From Harriotta raleighana (taxonomy: Eukaryota): DNA of 64,000 bases. A program made the position numbers and the translations under genes. Location of the stretch: the NCBI GenBank assembly GCA_050575255.1, contig JBNZDD010013664.1, positions 2,845,481-2,909,480 of the forward strand. Direction: 5' to 3'. Numbering within the stretch: the first letter of the stretch is position 1; the number at the start of each line of letters is the position of its first letter. The notes below the pieces were generated by a model. It made no database searches. It had not been told where the DNA came from and saw only the letters and a program-made list of their open reading frames with translations. Below, in pieces: positions 36,461 through 48,974 of this stretch.

Positions 36461-37284
36461 GGGGTGGGCCATCCACAAGCCTTAACGCAAACCTTCCTAC
36501 CACTGACTGACTCCACACAAATCTTGATGTGAAAAAAAATCCTATTTAAAAGAAGTGAAATTAATTTTTTAGACAAAAAACATATGGAATGCAGATGTAT
36601 TTTAATCTAAGTTCTGATTTTGATTTTATGACTAAATTGATCAAAAAGCATGTCCAGCATCCTGGACTGAGCCATGATACCAAACTTCCTATTCAGAGAC
36701 TTGGCATAACATCTCTTGGTGAAGAATTCTCACTATAATCACCTGCATATGTTCTGTGCTATGAACTCCTTGCCTGTGCTTATTCGTTTATGTTGTGCTC
36801 AGCCATATTTATTTTGAATCCTGTTGTCCTCTAGATCAAACTGATTGTGTTTATTATGATTACTCCAATTTATGTGTGTGTGTGTGTGTATGTATTGTAC
36901 AACACACTAGTCCTCACCAAGCTCCACTGGCTCCCAATCACTGAACGGATCGATTTAAAGATCCTCTCACTCATCAATGAATCCCAAGTGCTGGCAACTC
37001 CCTTCCCTTCATACCTGCTTTCTTCTCAATCCCTCTGCCTTGCTCCCTTCTTTATCTCTTACAGATAATGATTCAGACCCTTTTCAACAGTGTTTACTGG
37101 GATGTCTGCCATATGTGAAAGGTGTTACATAAATTGTCAAAGCACATTCTGTTACAAGTCTGTAAGGCACGGAATACACTTTTTGTTTTGTAGGAATCTG
37201 CAGGAATTGGTGGATGGATTGAGATGTGGTTCCAAATATGGTGTAGAATTTACAGGGTTAATTATTTTGTAAATTTCTTTACAG

Positions 37285-37367
37285 GAGGAATTCCAGCTGT
37301 AGAGTCTTTCCGGAGGGGCCTCAATGAATTAATGACAGTCTGTCAGCACGTGCTCACTACGTTTGAG
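37285..37367 (+). CDS. POLR1D: POLR1D coding exon 4
   Basis: tacag|GA...GAG|gtaggc; [27 protein letters not shown]. Confidence 0.96.
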
Positions 37368-38653
37368 GTAGGCTTCTGTTCTATTTATCTATCCCAGTGG
37401 GAGGGAGCCTGACAACCTGTCAGGTGGCTGCAGCAATGAGGCTGGGACTTCGTGAAACTGCTTTTGAGGATGAATAATATTATCAGGTGTCACCAATGGG
37501 CTGCAGCATTTCAGCCTCCTAATGTAAAAGTTGTTTTAGAATGTATTTCATTCCCCTTGCACCAAACTCCCGTGAACCTATCACGCCCACACCCATCCTC
37601 GCCTGGCTTCACTGGCTCCCCATCCCCCAGAGGATAGAGTTTCAAATCTTCATTCTCCCTCTTGAATCCACTCCTCCTGATCTCATCCCCCAGATTGGCT
37701 CCGACATGAAGAGAGACCGGGCAAGGCATTAGGGAGCTGAGCCAAGCCAGTAGCGGTGGAACCATTTGCTGCAAATTACAAATGAAAAACAACAGCCAAA
37801 AATGGATTTGGTTTAAATTTTAATGCTTCCAATTGGAAGAAAAATGCTGCATTGTATATTGACATTGAAAATTCAGTGAAAGGAATTGGAACTGGTACAG
37901 CAATGACAGAGCATTTAATGCTACATTGCATTACGTTGCATGACTGCTCTGCCAAGAGCAGTAACCGAGCGAGGTGAGAGGTGCTCAAAGTTGACTTAGT
38001 TAGTTAGTGTAGTCACCGCTGTTTACTAACCAATTCTTTTTGACTTTCCACGTGGGACAGAATTTTACATTATCGTTCTTTTATTAACAATTTGTAAAAA
38101 AAAAAGTGCTTATAACGAATATAAAGGAACAAAGCAGTTTTCTGGGTGGGAGAATCTCTCTTATGCTCGTCTCCTCCGCAGCCTCTCTTAGTAGAAAGTA
38201 TGAAAGCAATACATTTGCTGCGACATTCATTCTCACACCTGAAACAAAGGTAGTCCAGATCTGGCAGGAATAAGCAATTGAGGCTTCTCATTGAGACACT
38301 CTCGCAAAGAACAACAGCGTCAGGTCATAAGGGCAGTGAGTTGACGGGAAGTGACAGTCGGGAATATTTTGCTTACAGTCCTATGGTAGGGCATTGGCTG
38401 ATCATCAGCTGATCTGCAGTCGAAAGTCAATGTAAAGACATGGCAGCATTTGTCGTACATGAAAGTACGCCACTGTTAAGCGATCTGAGAACCTATCCTG
38501 TGTGAAGGGTGCTGTAGAAATGTAAGTTGCTGTTGTCTGGTTAGGGAGTGCTTATTCCACCTGATATTAAAAAGTTTACTTCCTTTGTTCTGTAGGCTGG
38601 GCACAATGCATTTCAATTTTATCCCAGTAACAAGATTTATTTTCTCATTGCAG

Positions 38654-38713
38654 ACCAGTGTGAATGAATACAAAGAGCTTGATGTCCCACAAGACCAAAT
38701 GGAACAACTCTGA
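38654..38713 (+). CDS. POLR1D: POLR1D terminal coding exon
   Basis: ttgcag|ACC...CTC TGA; TSVNEYKELDVPQDQMEQL*. AATAAA at 38762-38767. Total CDS is 360 nt = 119 aa + stop. Confidence 0.85.
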   Translation, partial: TSVNEYKELDVPQDQMEQL

Positions 38714-41516
38714 CACCAATTTTGAAAAGATAACAATATTGTACATAATTTGGATTTCAAAAATAAACATTTTAAAAGAAATAGACGATCAGAATAACTC
38801 TTGTGGGTGTCTCAATCACATCAAGTATTTGCTGCTATATTTTGTTACTGAATACCAAGTTAGGTAAAGGGACTAACTCTACAACTCTTGCATTTTGTGT
38901 ATGGGGTGAGGGGAAGTGTTTTTTTTGTCAGCCAATCAGAATGCCCTTGTGGTATACCCTATCTAATATAAGAAAATCTGTTCATCTAGCTGTATGGGGA
39001 TATAGCCTAAGCAACATTCCAGTGCACTCCTGGGGGAGTGCTGCTTGTCAGATGTGCTGTCTTTGGGGTGAGACAAGGTCCTGTTGCCTTTTCAAGTAGA
39101 CATGGCATTATTGTGGCAAGATCTTGTGGCACCGTTTGATAGGAGAAGGAAGTTTCTCCCAGTGTCCTGGGCAACAATTCTCCACATAAAATTGGTCATT
39201 CACTTCTTGGCTGTTTGTGAGACATTGCTTTGCAAATTTTGCTGTCATATTCACCTACAAAATGCGGTCACTACACTTTACAGAGATTCCTCTAAAGTGC
39301 CTTGAAACATCCTGCATATATACACTACATATATAAAACTGCAAGAATTATGCTTATTACTTTAGCTCACTTGCTAACTAATAGTGCTATTAGCAAAAGC
39401 CATGTGTGAAATGGAATAGGAGCAGATGATGTAAAGCTAACAAACAGGTGGGCATCTTCCCAAGAGCCACACAAAACCATGATGCCTTCTCTTTCTTTCT
39501 CCCACCCCCACCCCCCCACTGTAGGTTGCATGCTTGGTTTAGTATGAATATTATATGGTATGAAGTGAGCATGTCTCTTATCCCCCCTTCCCCCACACAC
39601 ACACACACACTTGCCGTTGATAGGTTTGAGAATGTTATTTTTCAATCATTCACGTGTAAACTTTGCAGTCCCTGGAGCCCAATCAATTGGATAATTTGCC
39701 CACAAATATGCAGTTAATTCACTTGACAGTAAATTCTATGAGATGTGTAGAAGATGTGAAAAGCGTGAAAAATATCACATGCAAGCATTATTATTATTAT
39801 AATTTGGCCAAGTCTGAGAAAGTTTCATATATTCAAGTTAATTGAGTAGAATGGAATTTAATTGAGATTAGTTTCCCTTTTACCCTGATTAACCCAATGT
39901 GTTCTTCAGCTTGTTTTCTTCTTTGTGGAGAAACGCCTGTTAGCCATCTAACTTAGCTGTTCCCTATCCAAACTTGTTCAACCCAAGCGATTTCTCAATG
40001 CCCTACATTGAGACCATTTCTTTACAGGTTATAAGTAAGACTTAAGAGGAACTAAGATTCTATGTGGTATTTGTTTGGAAAATAATACTGCTCTTAGATG
40101 GAGTTACCACATATCAGTCCCATCTAATTGTACGGGTACACTGCATACACTTCAGGGGAATTCTAACGCTAACAACTTTCAATAAAAATATTAGACAGAA
40201 TGAAAAGTTGATGGTGGAATAGCGCAAAATTGCCCGACTTTTACACTTTACATCCATTGCACATTCTTTCCTGAATACTAGCCACACTTGTTCTAGTGTG
40301 AACACTCCCCTCACTGCAATTATGTTTTTGTTTTCAGATTTCCAGCCGTTGCAAATCCACACTATACCCTTCTATTGGTGCAGAGCAAAAGTAATGTTAC
40401 TTGGGACTTTTTTTGGTGTACTTTTTTTTACACACACACAGTTCTAATTTTTTTCTTTGTCTCTTTGCCGAGAGAATACTTTGTTAGTGGAACTCTCCTA
40501 GCATTCATAACCAGCCCAAGGGCGAAATGCATTTTTTTGCCTTACAATTTTTCCAGCAGACATCCTGGAATATCTCCCAATTCCCAGCAACAGTCCCACA
40601 GTGGGTAGAGAGAATCGAACATCTGCATTCACTATTTTCCGCTTTCGGATCACACTCGCATGTGGGCTTTGCTGATTTTTCTTCATGATTTGCTTTTCGT
40701 TTGTTTGTTTCGATTTAATTTCCAGTGAGAAAAAAGCGAGAGAACTCATTGAAGGACAGAGCTGACACCCTATGAAATATGGAGGGTAGACCAGGAGATT
40801 TGTAAGGTAGTGTGTAATGTGAGTAAGATATAAGAACCAGGCAGCATTTAATATAGGATTCTCTGAATACATAAGATCCTTTGGAGCAGAAAACACTATG
40901 CGGGTCTCAGTGCATGCAACACAAATTTACAGATTTTACACCTACAGGAGCCAAATCAATTCAGAATGGAATTCATTCAAAAAGTAAGGCACAAGGTTAG
41001 TCAGCAAGACATTAGGCAGAGAGCAAATACAGCTGCACAAGCATCAGAGGATCTCTGAATATGTTCATAGTTCTTAAGTCAATTTGGCAATACTTTAATA
41101 GTCTTGTGATTCAACACATTCATTAGAATCAGCGAGAACTTCACAGTTCCTTGACATTGAACTGACGCAAATTACAATAATTTATTTGGCTGAATGTGGT
41201 AGCAAATGTTTTATTGCTGGTTTGGTTTGATGTTTCTCTCATTCGCTCTCTCTCTCTCAATGAGACAATAAGTGATGAAGCGAGCCAGAATCAAAATGAT
41301 GAGCATCAGGAACTGGATTGCAAGGTCCTTAGAGGAGAAGACGGTTGCTTCTTCTACATGCCCTGCAGTGAGCTGGTGTATGAGACTTTACACGCTACAT
41401 GATGGAAAGAGGTAAGTTCAGGTAGGGAATGTCTACTTCTCAACAGGAGTGATTTCCTATGGTTTTAACTTGCTTTGGTTTGGGTCAGAATTTTATATAT
41501 ATAAAAAATATATAGT

Positions 41517-41666
41517 TCAAGATGAGCTGTACTTATTGCTGAAACGTGAGCTGCTCCGATCCAGACAGAGTTTGTGGCCATTTGCTTTCCACTTGACGGC
41601 GTACACTTTCTCATCGGTTGGCGTCAAGTTCAGAACTGGTTCCTGGCACCAGCAGCACAAGCAAGA
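41517..41666 (-). CDS. EDNRB2: Endothelin receptor type B2, last coding exon (cytoplasmic tail)
   Basis: ctcag|TCT...; SCLCCWCQ...KWKANGH...DRSSSRFSNKYSSS*. The 'KWKANGH...DRSSSR.SNKYSSS' tail resembles EDNRB2 more than EDNRB1 (from recall). Confidence 0.92.
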   Translation of the reverse strand, partial: SCLCCWCQEPVLNLTPTDEKVYAVKWKANGHKLCLDRSSSRFSNKYSSS

Positions 41667-41877
41667 CTGAGGAGGGCACACAAAGGGTGAGGGGGTCAGA
41701 GGGACCAGAGCAAAGTGACGATGACAACTGGTATTTAAATAGTGCCCTTCACTCACAGTGGGCAGTGTTCCAGAGTGGTTCGCAGCGCGGGGGTGGGGGG
41801 CAAGGGAGGGCAGGGGGAGCCTGACAATGAGCTAAGGAGTGAGGGAGTTAGGGATAACATGCAAAAGGTCATTTTAC

Positions 41878-42170
41878 AACAACAGATTGCATGTAAATAG
41901 CACCTTTGACATCAGGAGGACGTCCCAAAGCACAGGTTGCTTGTACTGTATATAGGGCCTTTTCTGTTGGGAGGACATCCAAAAGCGCTTGACAATGGGA
42001 GGTTTGCACCCGAGCTGCTGGTTGGGATCAGAGAGGGTGGAGGGCAAATGGGGTTGCAGGAGGGAAGATGACTGAAGGCACAGTCGGACAGGAAGGTTTT
42101 GAAACGGGCCTTGAAGGAGGCAAGGAAGGGGGTGAGATGGAAGGACTCCAGGATGGAGTTCCAGAGCCAT
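41878..42170 (-). mobile_element. L2 LINE 3' end
   Basis: Reverse tail aacaacagattgcatgtaaatagcacctttgacatcaggaggacgtcccaaag; minus frame reads LWNS...LASFKARFKTFL. Confidence 0.8.
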
Positions 42171-42367
42171 TTATCCTCATCCATTCAGATCTGTGCAAAA
42201 CTCACCCTATCATTGACTGCACCCGTGCATTCTACCTTGTTTCTTTTTAAATAAGAAACAGTTCAGATCAGTGTTTTTTTTTGCTTTTCCCTGACCTTAC
42301 TTCAATGGGCTTTTGAAGCCTAGGGCTGCCAAAGCTAAAGTACCCAAGTTCTGTGTTAAACTCTTAC

Positions 42368-42476
42368 CTTGAAACAGTTCTTGAATTTGTGACTGATAAA
42401 GTACAGTGCTACCGGGTTTATGCAGGAGTTGAGAGACGCCATGTTAATCCCAATGTAGTCCAGAACCAGAAGGAAA
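42368..42476 (-). CDS. EDNRB2: EDNRB2 coding exon 6 (TM7)
   Basis: ttag|T TTC...AAG|gtaaga; [36 protein letters not shown] (109 nt). Confidence 0.96.
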
Positions 42477-43325
42477 CTAAGAGAAGACACAAGCACCAGA
42501 GTTATTAGTAATAATACATCAAGCCATTTCAAAAAGCTTCATAGGATTACATTGCAAACACTACAAACTTATCTTTGGTTGCACAATAAATATTTCCCAT
42601 CATAGCCAAGTTAAGGTAACATCCAAATATCAGCATATCTGTAGCATATAAAGCTTTTACCATTTAGTTTCTACCTACTTTGAGAATATACAAGGATTGC
42701 TATTGTGATAGGTCACTACCTTTACTCCACCATGGTGACCGAGTTTTCATCCACATACCCCTGTCCTCTGCAACTCTCCCAATACTAGAGTTAATAGGAG
42801 GGATAAGGATAATAATCCTTGTATTTGATATAGCGACTTATCATGTCATTCAGGATATATTGTCAAGTGGATTGACTGCATTTTATAGGCAAAAGCGCAA
42901 TGCCGTGCCACTTTGTCTTGCTATACATCTCTATCTTCCCACAATCAGCAACAAATCTCTTTGAAAAGGCCTTCTGATCAACTTATCTTATTGCTTATCA
43001 CTTACTCTAGATTACACAAAGTACGTTGTGACGTTGCTTTTCATGAATGTTGTTGCAGAAATGCAAGTTATTACATGAGTACTATTTGATAATGAATTTG
43101 TACAATTACCCTAGCAATCAGGAACTGAACCCAGCCAGAAAAATGCATTGATCGATGCGATAGTTTTCACAGGGATTAATTATCACTTCATCCAACACAT
43201 TTTTCACTTTAGTTTTATAACATAAATGTTTTTCAATTTTGTCAGGGAGAAAATAAAATTAAGTAACAACTAGGTAACATGTTTGTAGAGTCAGGTCACT
43301 TTAAATGCACCAAGTACTCTATTAC

Positions 43326-43459
43326 CTGAGCAGCTCGCATCTGTTCGGATCTTTCTCATCATAAATGGTTTTCTTCAAGATCCTACTTAAGTGCAAAGGG
43401 AGCCAGCACAGTGCAAAGATGACCACCAGGCAGAACACTGTTTTTGCCACCTCACGTCG
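43326..43459 (-). CDS. EDNRB2: EDNRB2 coding exon 5 (TM6)
   Basis: ctcag|CGA...CTC AG|gtaata; [44 protein letters not shown] (134 nt). Confidence 0.96.
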
Positions 43460-43559
43460 CTGAGGGAAAGAAAAGATCCATACAAATACGTCACCACAGC
43501 CATTCGTTTGTTGGTAAAATGTACAGCAGTTGCAAACAAGTATAATTTTTGCATTTTAC

Positions 43560-43850
43560 GTAGCGCATTATGTTGAGATATCTCAAAGCACTATATTTTG
43601 TGGGCGTAAAGCAGCAGCCAATTGCGCACAGCAGTGCCCCACAATCAGTCGTCGATTGAGTGGCCATTTTTTTTTGAGGGATTATTATCCCGGGAAAGTG
43701 ATCCATCAATCGAAGAATAACTGTGTTATTACTTACTGCTAGATGATCAGAGATGTGTTTAATAAGAAAACTTGCCTAAGAATTTGCCATGCCAAGGATT
43801 CAAACCTGTGTCCTTTCTCTTGTGAGGTGAATGCGTTAACCAGTACACTA
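43560..43850 (-). mobile_element. tRNA-derived Deu-type SINE
   Basis: Reverse Deu core gcagccaattgcgcacagcagtgccccacaa and reverse head ggattcaaacctgtgtcc. Confidence 0.75.
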
Positions 43851-43984
43851 GTTGCCTCCCTTCAAAATTGTGGCTGGTGCTTTGTGCTGTTTGTTCAAAC
43901 ACTGGCTCAGATCTCCACCCGTCCCCCCCACCCCACACTGCAGATCTCCCCCAATCCCAAACTGCAGATCTCTTCGCCCCTAAC

Positions 43985-44134
43985 CTGCTTTATGTGATCG
44001 TTGAGAGCGATCTGCATCCCGTTCCTCCTGCTCAGCATCTCACAGGTCATGAGAGTGTAGAACACAGCTGTGCAGGCTATGGGGAGGCAGAAGTAAAACC
44101 CAAACAACCACCAATCTTTTACGTTCTTGTAGTG
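43985..44134 (-). CDS. EDNRB2: EDNRB2 coding exon 4 (TM5, ICL3)
   Basis: ttgcag|CAC...CAG|gttagg; [50 protein letters not shown] (150 nt). Confidence 0.96.
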
Positions 44135-44702
44135 CTGCAAGAGAAAAGATTTCAAACTATGAGTGCAAGCTCTAAGAACATAAGAAATGCTAGACATCCA
44201 TCCAGTTCACCTTCCACCATCCTGGCAATCGCATGCACATGACACGTCCTATACTATATACTGTATAGGGAAGATATTAGCCATATATATTATTGCCTAA
44301 TTTGTTCTCGAAAGAACCAAACTTTAACACAGCACTAGACAATATTTATAAATATTAAATAAATAGATTCCCGTGTTCCAAATTCTTCATAAAAATATAA
44401 TGTTGACCCAGTCATTGCAACAATGATCGCTTGTAAGATTTAAATGTGAATCAATCACACAGCTTTAAATTTAAATGTGTATCAATACTTCAGGTGAGAC
44501 GTTAAACCAATGTGCCCATTCAAGTGGACACAAAAGATTCCGCAGCTCTATTCGAAAAGAAAACAGAGTTTCTTTCTCCCTGTGTCCTGACTAACAATCC
44601 CCCAAATAAAATTGATCACTCACTCCATGGCTGTTTGCTGTCTTCAATTCTACAAGTACAGTCACTCCATATCACAGTAAATCTTGTGAAGTGTTTTGAC
44701 AT

Positions 44703-45012
44703 GTCCTATAGCTCAGTGGTTAGAGCACTCACCTCATCAGCAACAAAACCTAGGTTTTATTGCCGGCAGGGCAAAAACTTAAGCAAGTTTGCTATTCCAC
44801 ATGCCTGATAATAATCCCTCCAAAAAAAAATACAATGGTAAATTGATCACTTCAATCCACAACTGTTTGTGGGACACTGCTGTGAGCAATTGGCTGCCGC
44901 ATTTCTCCCACAGATAAACAGACAATTCGCTTGTGTATTCTGTGAAGTGCTTTGAGATGTCTAGACATGAAAAGTGCGACATCAAATTCAAGGATTATTA
45001 TTATTATTATTC
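44703..45012 (+). mobile_element. Full-length tRNA-derived Deu-type SINE
   Basis: Head gtcctatagctcagtggttagagcactc, Deu core, and an (ATT)n tail ending about 10 bp from the EDNRB2 exon 3 donor. Confidence 0.85.
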
Positions 45013-45025
45013 ATAAGGCACTTAC

Positions 45026-45230
45026 CTCCATGAATACTGATGTCTGGGATGGATGCAGAAGACACACTCTCAGTTCTTCGCCCCGATATTTTACTGAGAG
45101 CATATTGAACCCTACAGCCTCGGGAACAGCTACAACAATTGAGATGACCCAAATAGCTGTCACCTCAACTGCTTTCCTCAATGGAATCCCAATCCCCTGG
45201 ATTCTGCTCCATGAGGCGACTGCACGGTAT
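45026..45230 (-). CDS. EDNRB2: EDNRB2 coding exon 3 (TM4, ECL2)
   Basis: ttgcag|A TAC...GAG|gtaagt; YRAVASWSRIQGIGIPLRKAVEVTAIWVISIVVAVPEAVGF...ME (205 nt). Confidence 0.96.
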
Positions 45231-46147
45231 CTGCAAAGCAAGAGAAAGAAACTAGGTCAACAATAACAACAACTTACACATATAGAGCGCCCTCCATGCT
45301 GGGTAGCAACTTAGGTCATCATGTCAATGCATTTTATTTGGTGATGTGCATGTATTAACTCACAAAGATGTCTGCTTATGGCACAGCACTGAGCAAAAGG
45401 GCAATCTACCAATACAGTCACTCCACTGCACAGTAACTCCTGTGAAGCACTTTGAGAGGTCCTCCTGAAGTGAAAGGCATTTATGACAAACCCAAGGATT
45501 ATTAGGATTTGGATTATTAGAGTCTGATGGTACTTGGAATACAATCAGCAAAGTACCATTACAGTACATGGTATCTACACAGTTGGTGGTTTGGTGATGG
45601 GTTTCCACATGAGCCAGACATCTGGCTGACCCCAATATAAGCAAATGTGACATATTTGAAAAGAGAAGCTGTTGTGGACAACAATCCTCCAGCTAAATTT
45701 GTCATTCACTTCATTTGAAAAAGCTTCCCGTGTGCAGATTGCTACTGCATTTACCTGGAAATAGACCGCCAAATATCTGTGAAAAACTTTGAGACATTAG
45801 GTATCAAATATAAGGATTATTATTTGTGGCACACTGGGCATAATTTGCTGCTGTGTTTCACCCATAAAATATAGTCAATTCACTTTACAGTGTACTCTGT
45901 GAAAACCTTTGAGATGTCTCAACAAAATGATAAGGTGCTATATCATATGCAAGGATTATTATTATTAATGAATTTAGGAGGATATTGAATAACAATAATA
46001 ATCCTTGCATTTGATATAGCATCTTATGATGTCTTGAGTTGGCAGGATTACTATTTATTTGAGTAATAAATGGCTGGATTGATAACACAATTAGTTCCAA
46101 AACCCTTTGAACTTTCTAAATCAGTTTACGGATAGAATTAAAGGTAC

Positions 46148-46260
46148 CTGTCAATGCTCAGGGCACACAGACTGAGGACAGTGATGCCAACAGATGCCTT
46201 CTGGATAAATGGGACAATCTTACACACTTCAACCCCAAAAGGCCAGTCTTCAGCCAGTAA
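46148..46260 (-). CDS. EDNRB2: EDNRB2 coding exon 2 (TM3)
   Basis: aacag|TTA...GAC AG|gtacct; [38 protein letters not shown] (113 nt). Confidence 0.96.
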
Positions 46261-47484
46261 CTGTTTGAAGGAAACACGAAAAAGTTGAAATCATTAAAAT
46301 ATTAGAAACCCCGCACGAATAACAAGTGAGAATTTGCAGTAACATTTGCAACAGTTGACAATGTGTTCCATGAGTTAGCTATTGAAGGTCTGTAGTCCTC
46401 CAGGATATGGTTAATGATGACACTCCATCCTAGAAAATGATCACAAGTTGGAGCAATAGCGCAGTCAATTGGGGCTTGGACTCTTTGATCTTGGCTCCTG
46501 TTAATCCTGCAAGTCAAAGCCCTGTTGGGTAGGATGGTCCAGTTGGATAAGCAACTGGAAGCTTGGCAGCATTTGCAGTGTTTCAGATGGTTAAACGTCA
46601 GTGCAAATGCTGGGGTCAACAAGCATTGGCTCTTGGCATCCTGCAGCTAAATTCTCTGGGATAAGATAATCAGGGCGCATTCCTCTGGTGAGAGAGAGAG
46701 AGGGAGAAAAAGATTGTGCACTCCATTTTAGATAAAAGAGAATTTTTCATCCATAAGTGGAACTCGGTTCAGTTTGGAGACTTTCAAGCAAAACAATGGG
46801 TGTCCGCATGTGTCAGATACCCAGCGGACATTAAAACAAATTAGTTTATGCTGCATTTAGAAAGGAATCTAACTGAAACTTATATTACAAATGATAATAT
46901 TCATCATTTATTTTGTTGGGGTGGGTGGGGTTAGCAGTCTAACACATGTGGAAACCTGTCACTATACTTAAGCTTATCCAAACTTATTTGAGTTTTACAC
47001 GTTTGCCACCTAGACACGGAAAATTCACTTTGTCTTGAATGGAATGTTTACTCTCTTCCCGGAAGGATGCATCCTGATTATCTGATTCTAAAGAGATTAT
47101 GTGCAGGTTGTCTAGAACCAGGAATTGGGATCCTACAGTGCACATTAGGCTACCGCTTGTGGTTAACCTGCTTGAGCCACAAGGCTTGCCATTGAGAGCG
47201 TTGCCTGACGAGCTTTCTGCTGCTTGTCCAATATGGTCAACCGTACATATTAAGGCTTTGGTTTGCAGCGTTAGCTGAAGTTCAATGGGAAGAATTCCTG
47301 AATTGCTGCCCCAAGTAATCAGTCTACCCTTGAAGTGTTGTTGGTGAGCCAAGAAAATTAGTCTGTCATCAGCTGTGATTTGGAGCACCGTAGCTCAAGA
47401 GCAGATCACAGCAAAGGGTTGGCTCGATGCTGACACTCTTTTGCCAAGCCACCAGGTACAGCCAGCTAAGTTCCAAGGAGACCC

Positions 47485-47731
47485 TGCTTATCCCACTCCC
47501 AAAGGAAGGTAGTCAATAGCTGGTCATAATTAACTTTGTGTTGGGGGGTGAGGTGGGAGTGGGTGGGGCGGAGGAAACGGCCAAATGATAAAATGCATTT
47601 TGTAGGTTGACGGAGAGAATGCTGGCATTTCCAATGAGATTCCTTGTCTCTTCTCAAACAGCTTGATTGACCCAAACAGAGAATTGTTCTTAGGAATGCA
47701 TTTATACCTTCCTTTGGGAGTGGGGTAAGCA
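47485..47731. repeat. 27-bp inverted repeat pair enclosing about 190 bp
   Basis: TGCTTATCCCACTCCCAAAGGAAGGTA (47485-47511) matches the reverse complement of 47705-47731 with one mismatch. Confidence 0.8.
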
Positions 47732-48974
47732 TTTATTGGCAACTGTTAACCTGTAGTTGGTGCTGGTCTGATGTCTCTATCCCTCCTGGTTCAGGTAAAA
47801 CAAATAACAGAGTCTCTCATTGCAGCTTTGGCTGTTAACAACAGATGGGAGATTAGCTCAGTGTGCTGTCATGTAGATTTATTGTTATTTGATATTCAAC
47901 AATAAAGTTTGATGTCAGTATTGAACAGGGTGGGAGAATACTGAATACAGTTGACTGCACGCATATGGAAGCATTTATCTCCAATGTATCAAATCCCTTC
48001 TCATTTTTCTAATTTATGGAGCTATAGCATCTTATTTCCCACGTGCTTGTGTTACACAGATATCCAGTGAACCTAATCCTTCGTACAGAATTCAGTATCC
48101 CATTAACATATATAATTGTTATGTTTGCCACCCTGAACATAGCTAATCTTATCCCCAGGAGCAGCTTCTGGTGAGAGATCCAGTTATGTTTAATAAACTT
48201 CACATTAAGTTCAGATGTAACCCGAACCGTTGTTTGAGCTGAGATATAAGTGCTATAACAACCGACAATTAACAGTGACCCATTGCCACAAATGATTGTT
48301 CTACAATAAATAAACTCTATGTCGGAACTTTTCATTCATAGTCTCGGCTGACGTTCCAAGTTAATAATGCCAACATCATATTGTTAGAGCTGCCATCCTT
48401 CAGATTAGATGTCAAACTAAATTCCCCTCTGCCAGTTTTAGGTGCAAATTAAAGATCCCGTGGCAGTGTTTGAAAAGAGAAGGCAGTTTCTCCTCGGATT
48501 CAAGTCATTCAGGTCAATCCTCCAGGTAAAATTGATCATTCACTTTATGGCTTTGTGAAGGATATTTGTGTGTGTGCACATTGGCAGCCTCATTTACCAC
48601 CACATTGTGCATAAATGTTGGGAATATACTTTTGGGACATTATAGGTCTATTTCAGATGCAGAAAATCAATATCAAATGATTTATCAATGCCACAATGTA
48701 ACGGAAACAGCTAACCATTTGAGCAGCAACAACAATAAAGGATGTTGCAGAAGAGATCTGGAAAGCGATGTTAATAATAAAACACTGAATTTGGGGAAAA
48801 TGAGAAAGATTGTGACAGACACAATGGGCCAAAGGACCCGCTGCTGGGTGGAAAATTTGATGCGATTGGAAGGCTTCGCTAGCTCCCAATCACTGAATGA
48901 ATAAATTTTTTCAACAACAACAAATTACATTTTTAGAGCGCTTTTGAAGTCGGGAGGATGTCCTGAGGCGTCCC

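Noticed and set aside
40726-40765. Short plus-strand peptide EKKARELIEGQS* as an alternative POLR1D terminal exon
   Set aside because: It is too short and dissimilar to support homology. It is phase-incompatible with exon 4, and the normal last exon has its own AATAAA.
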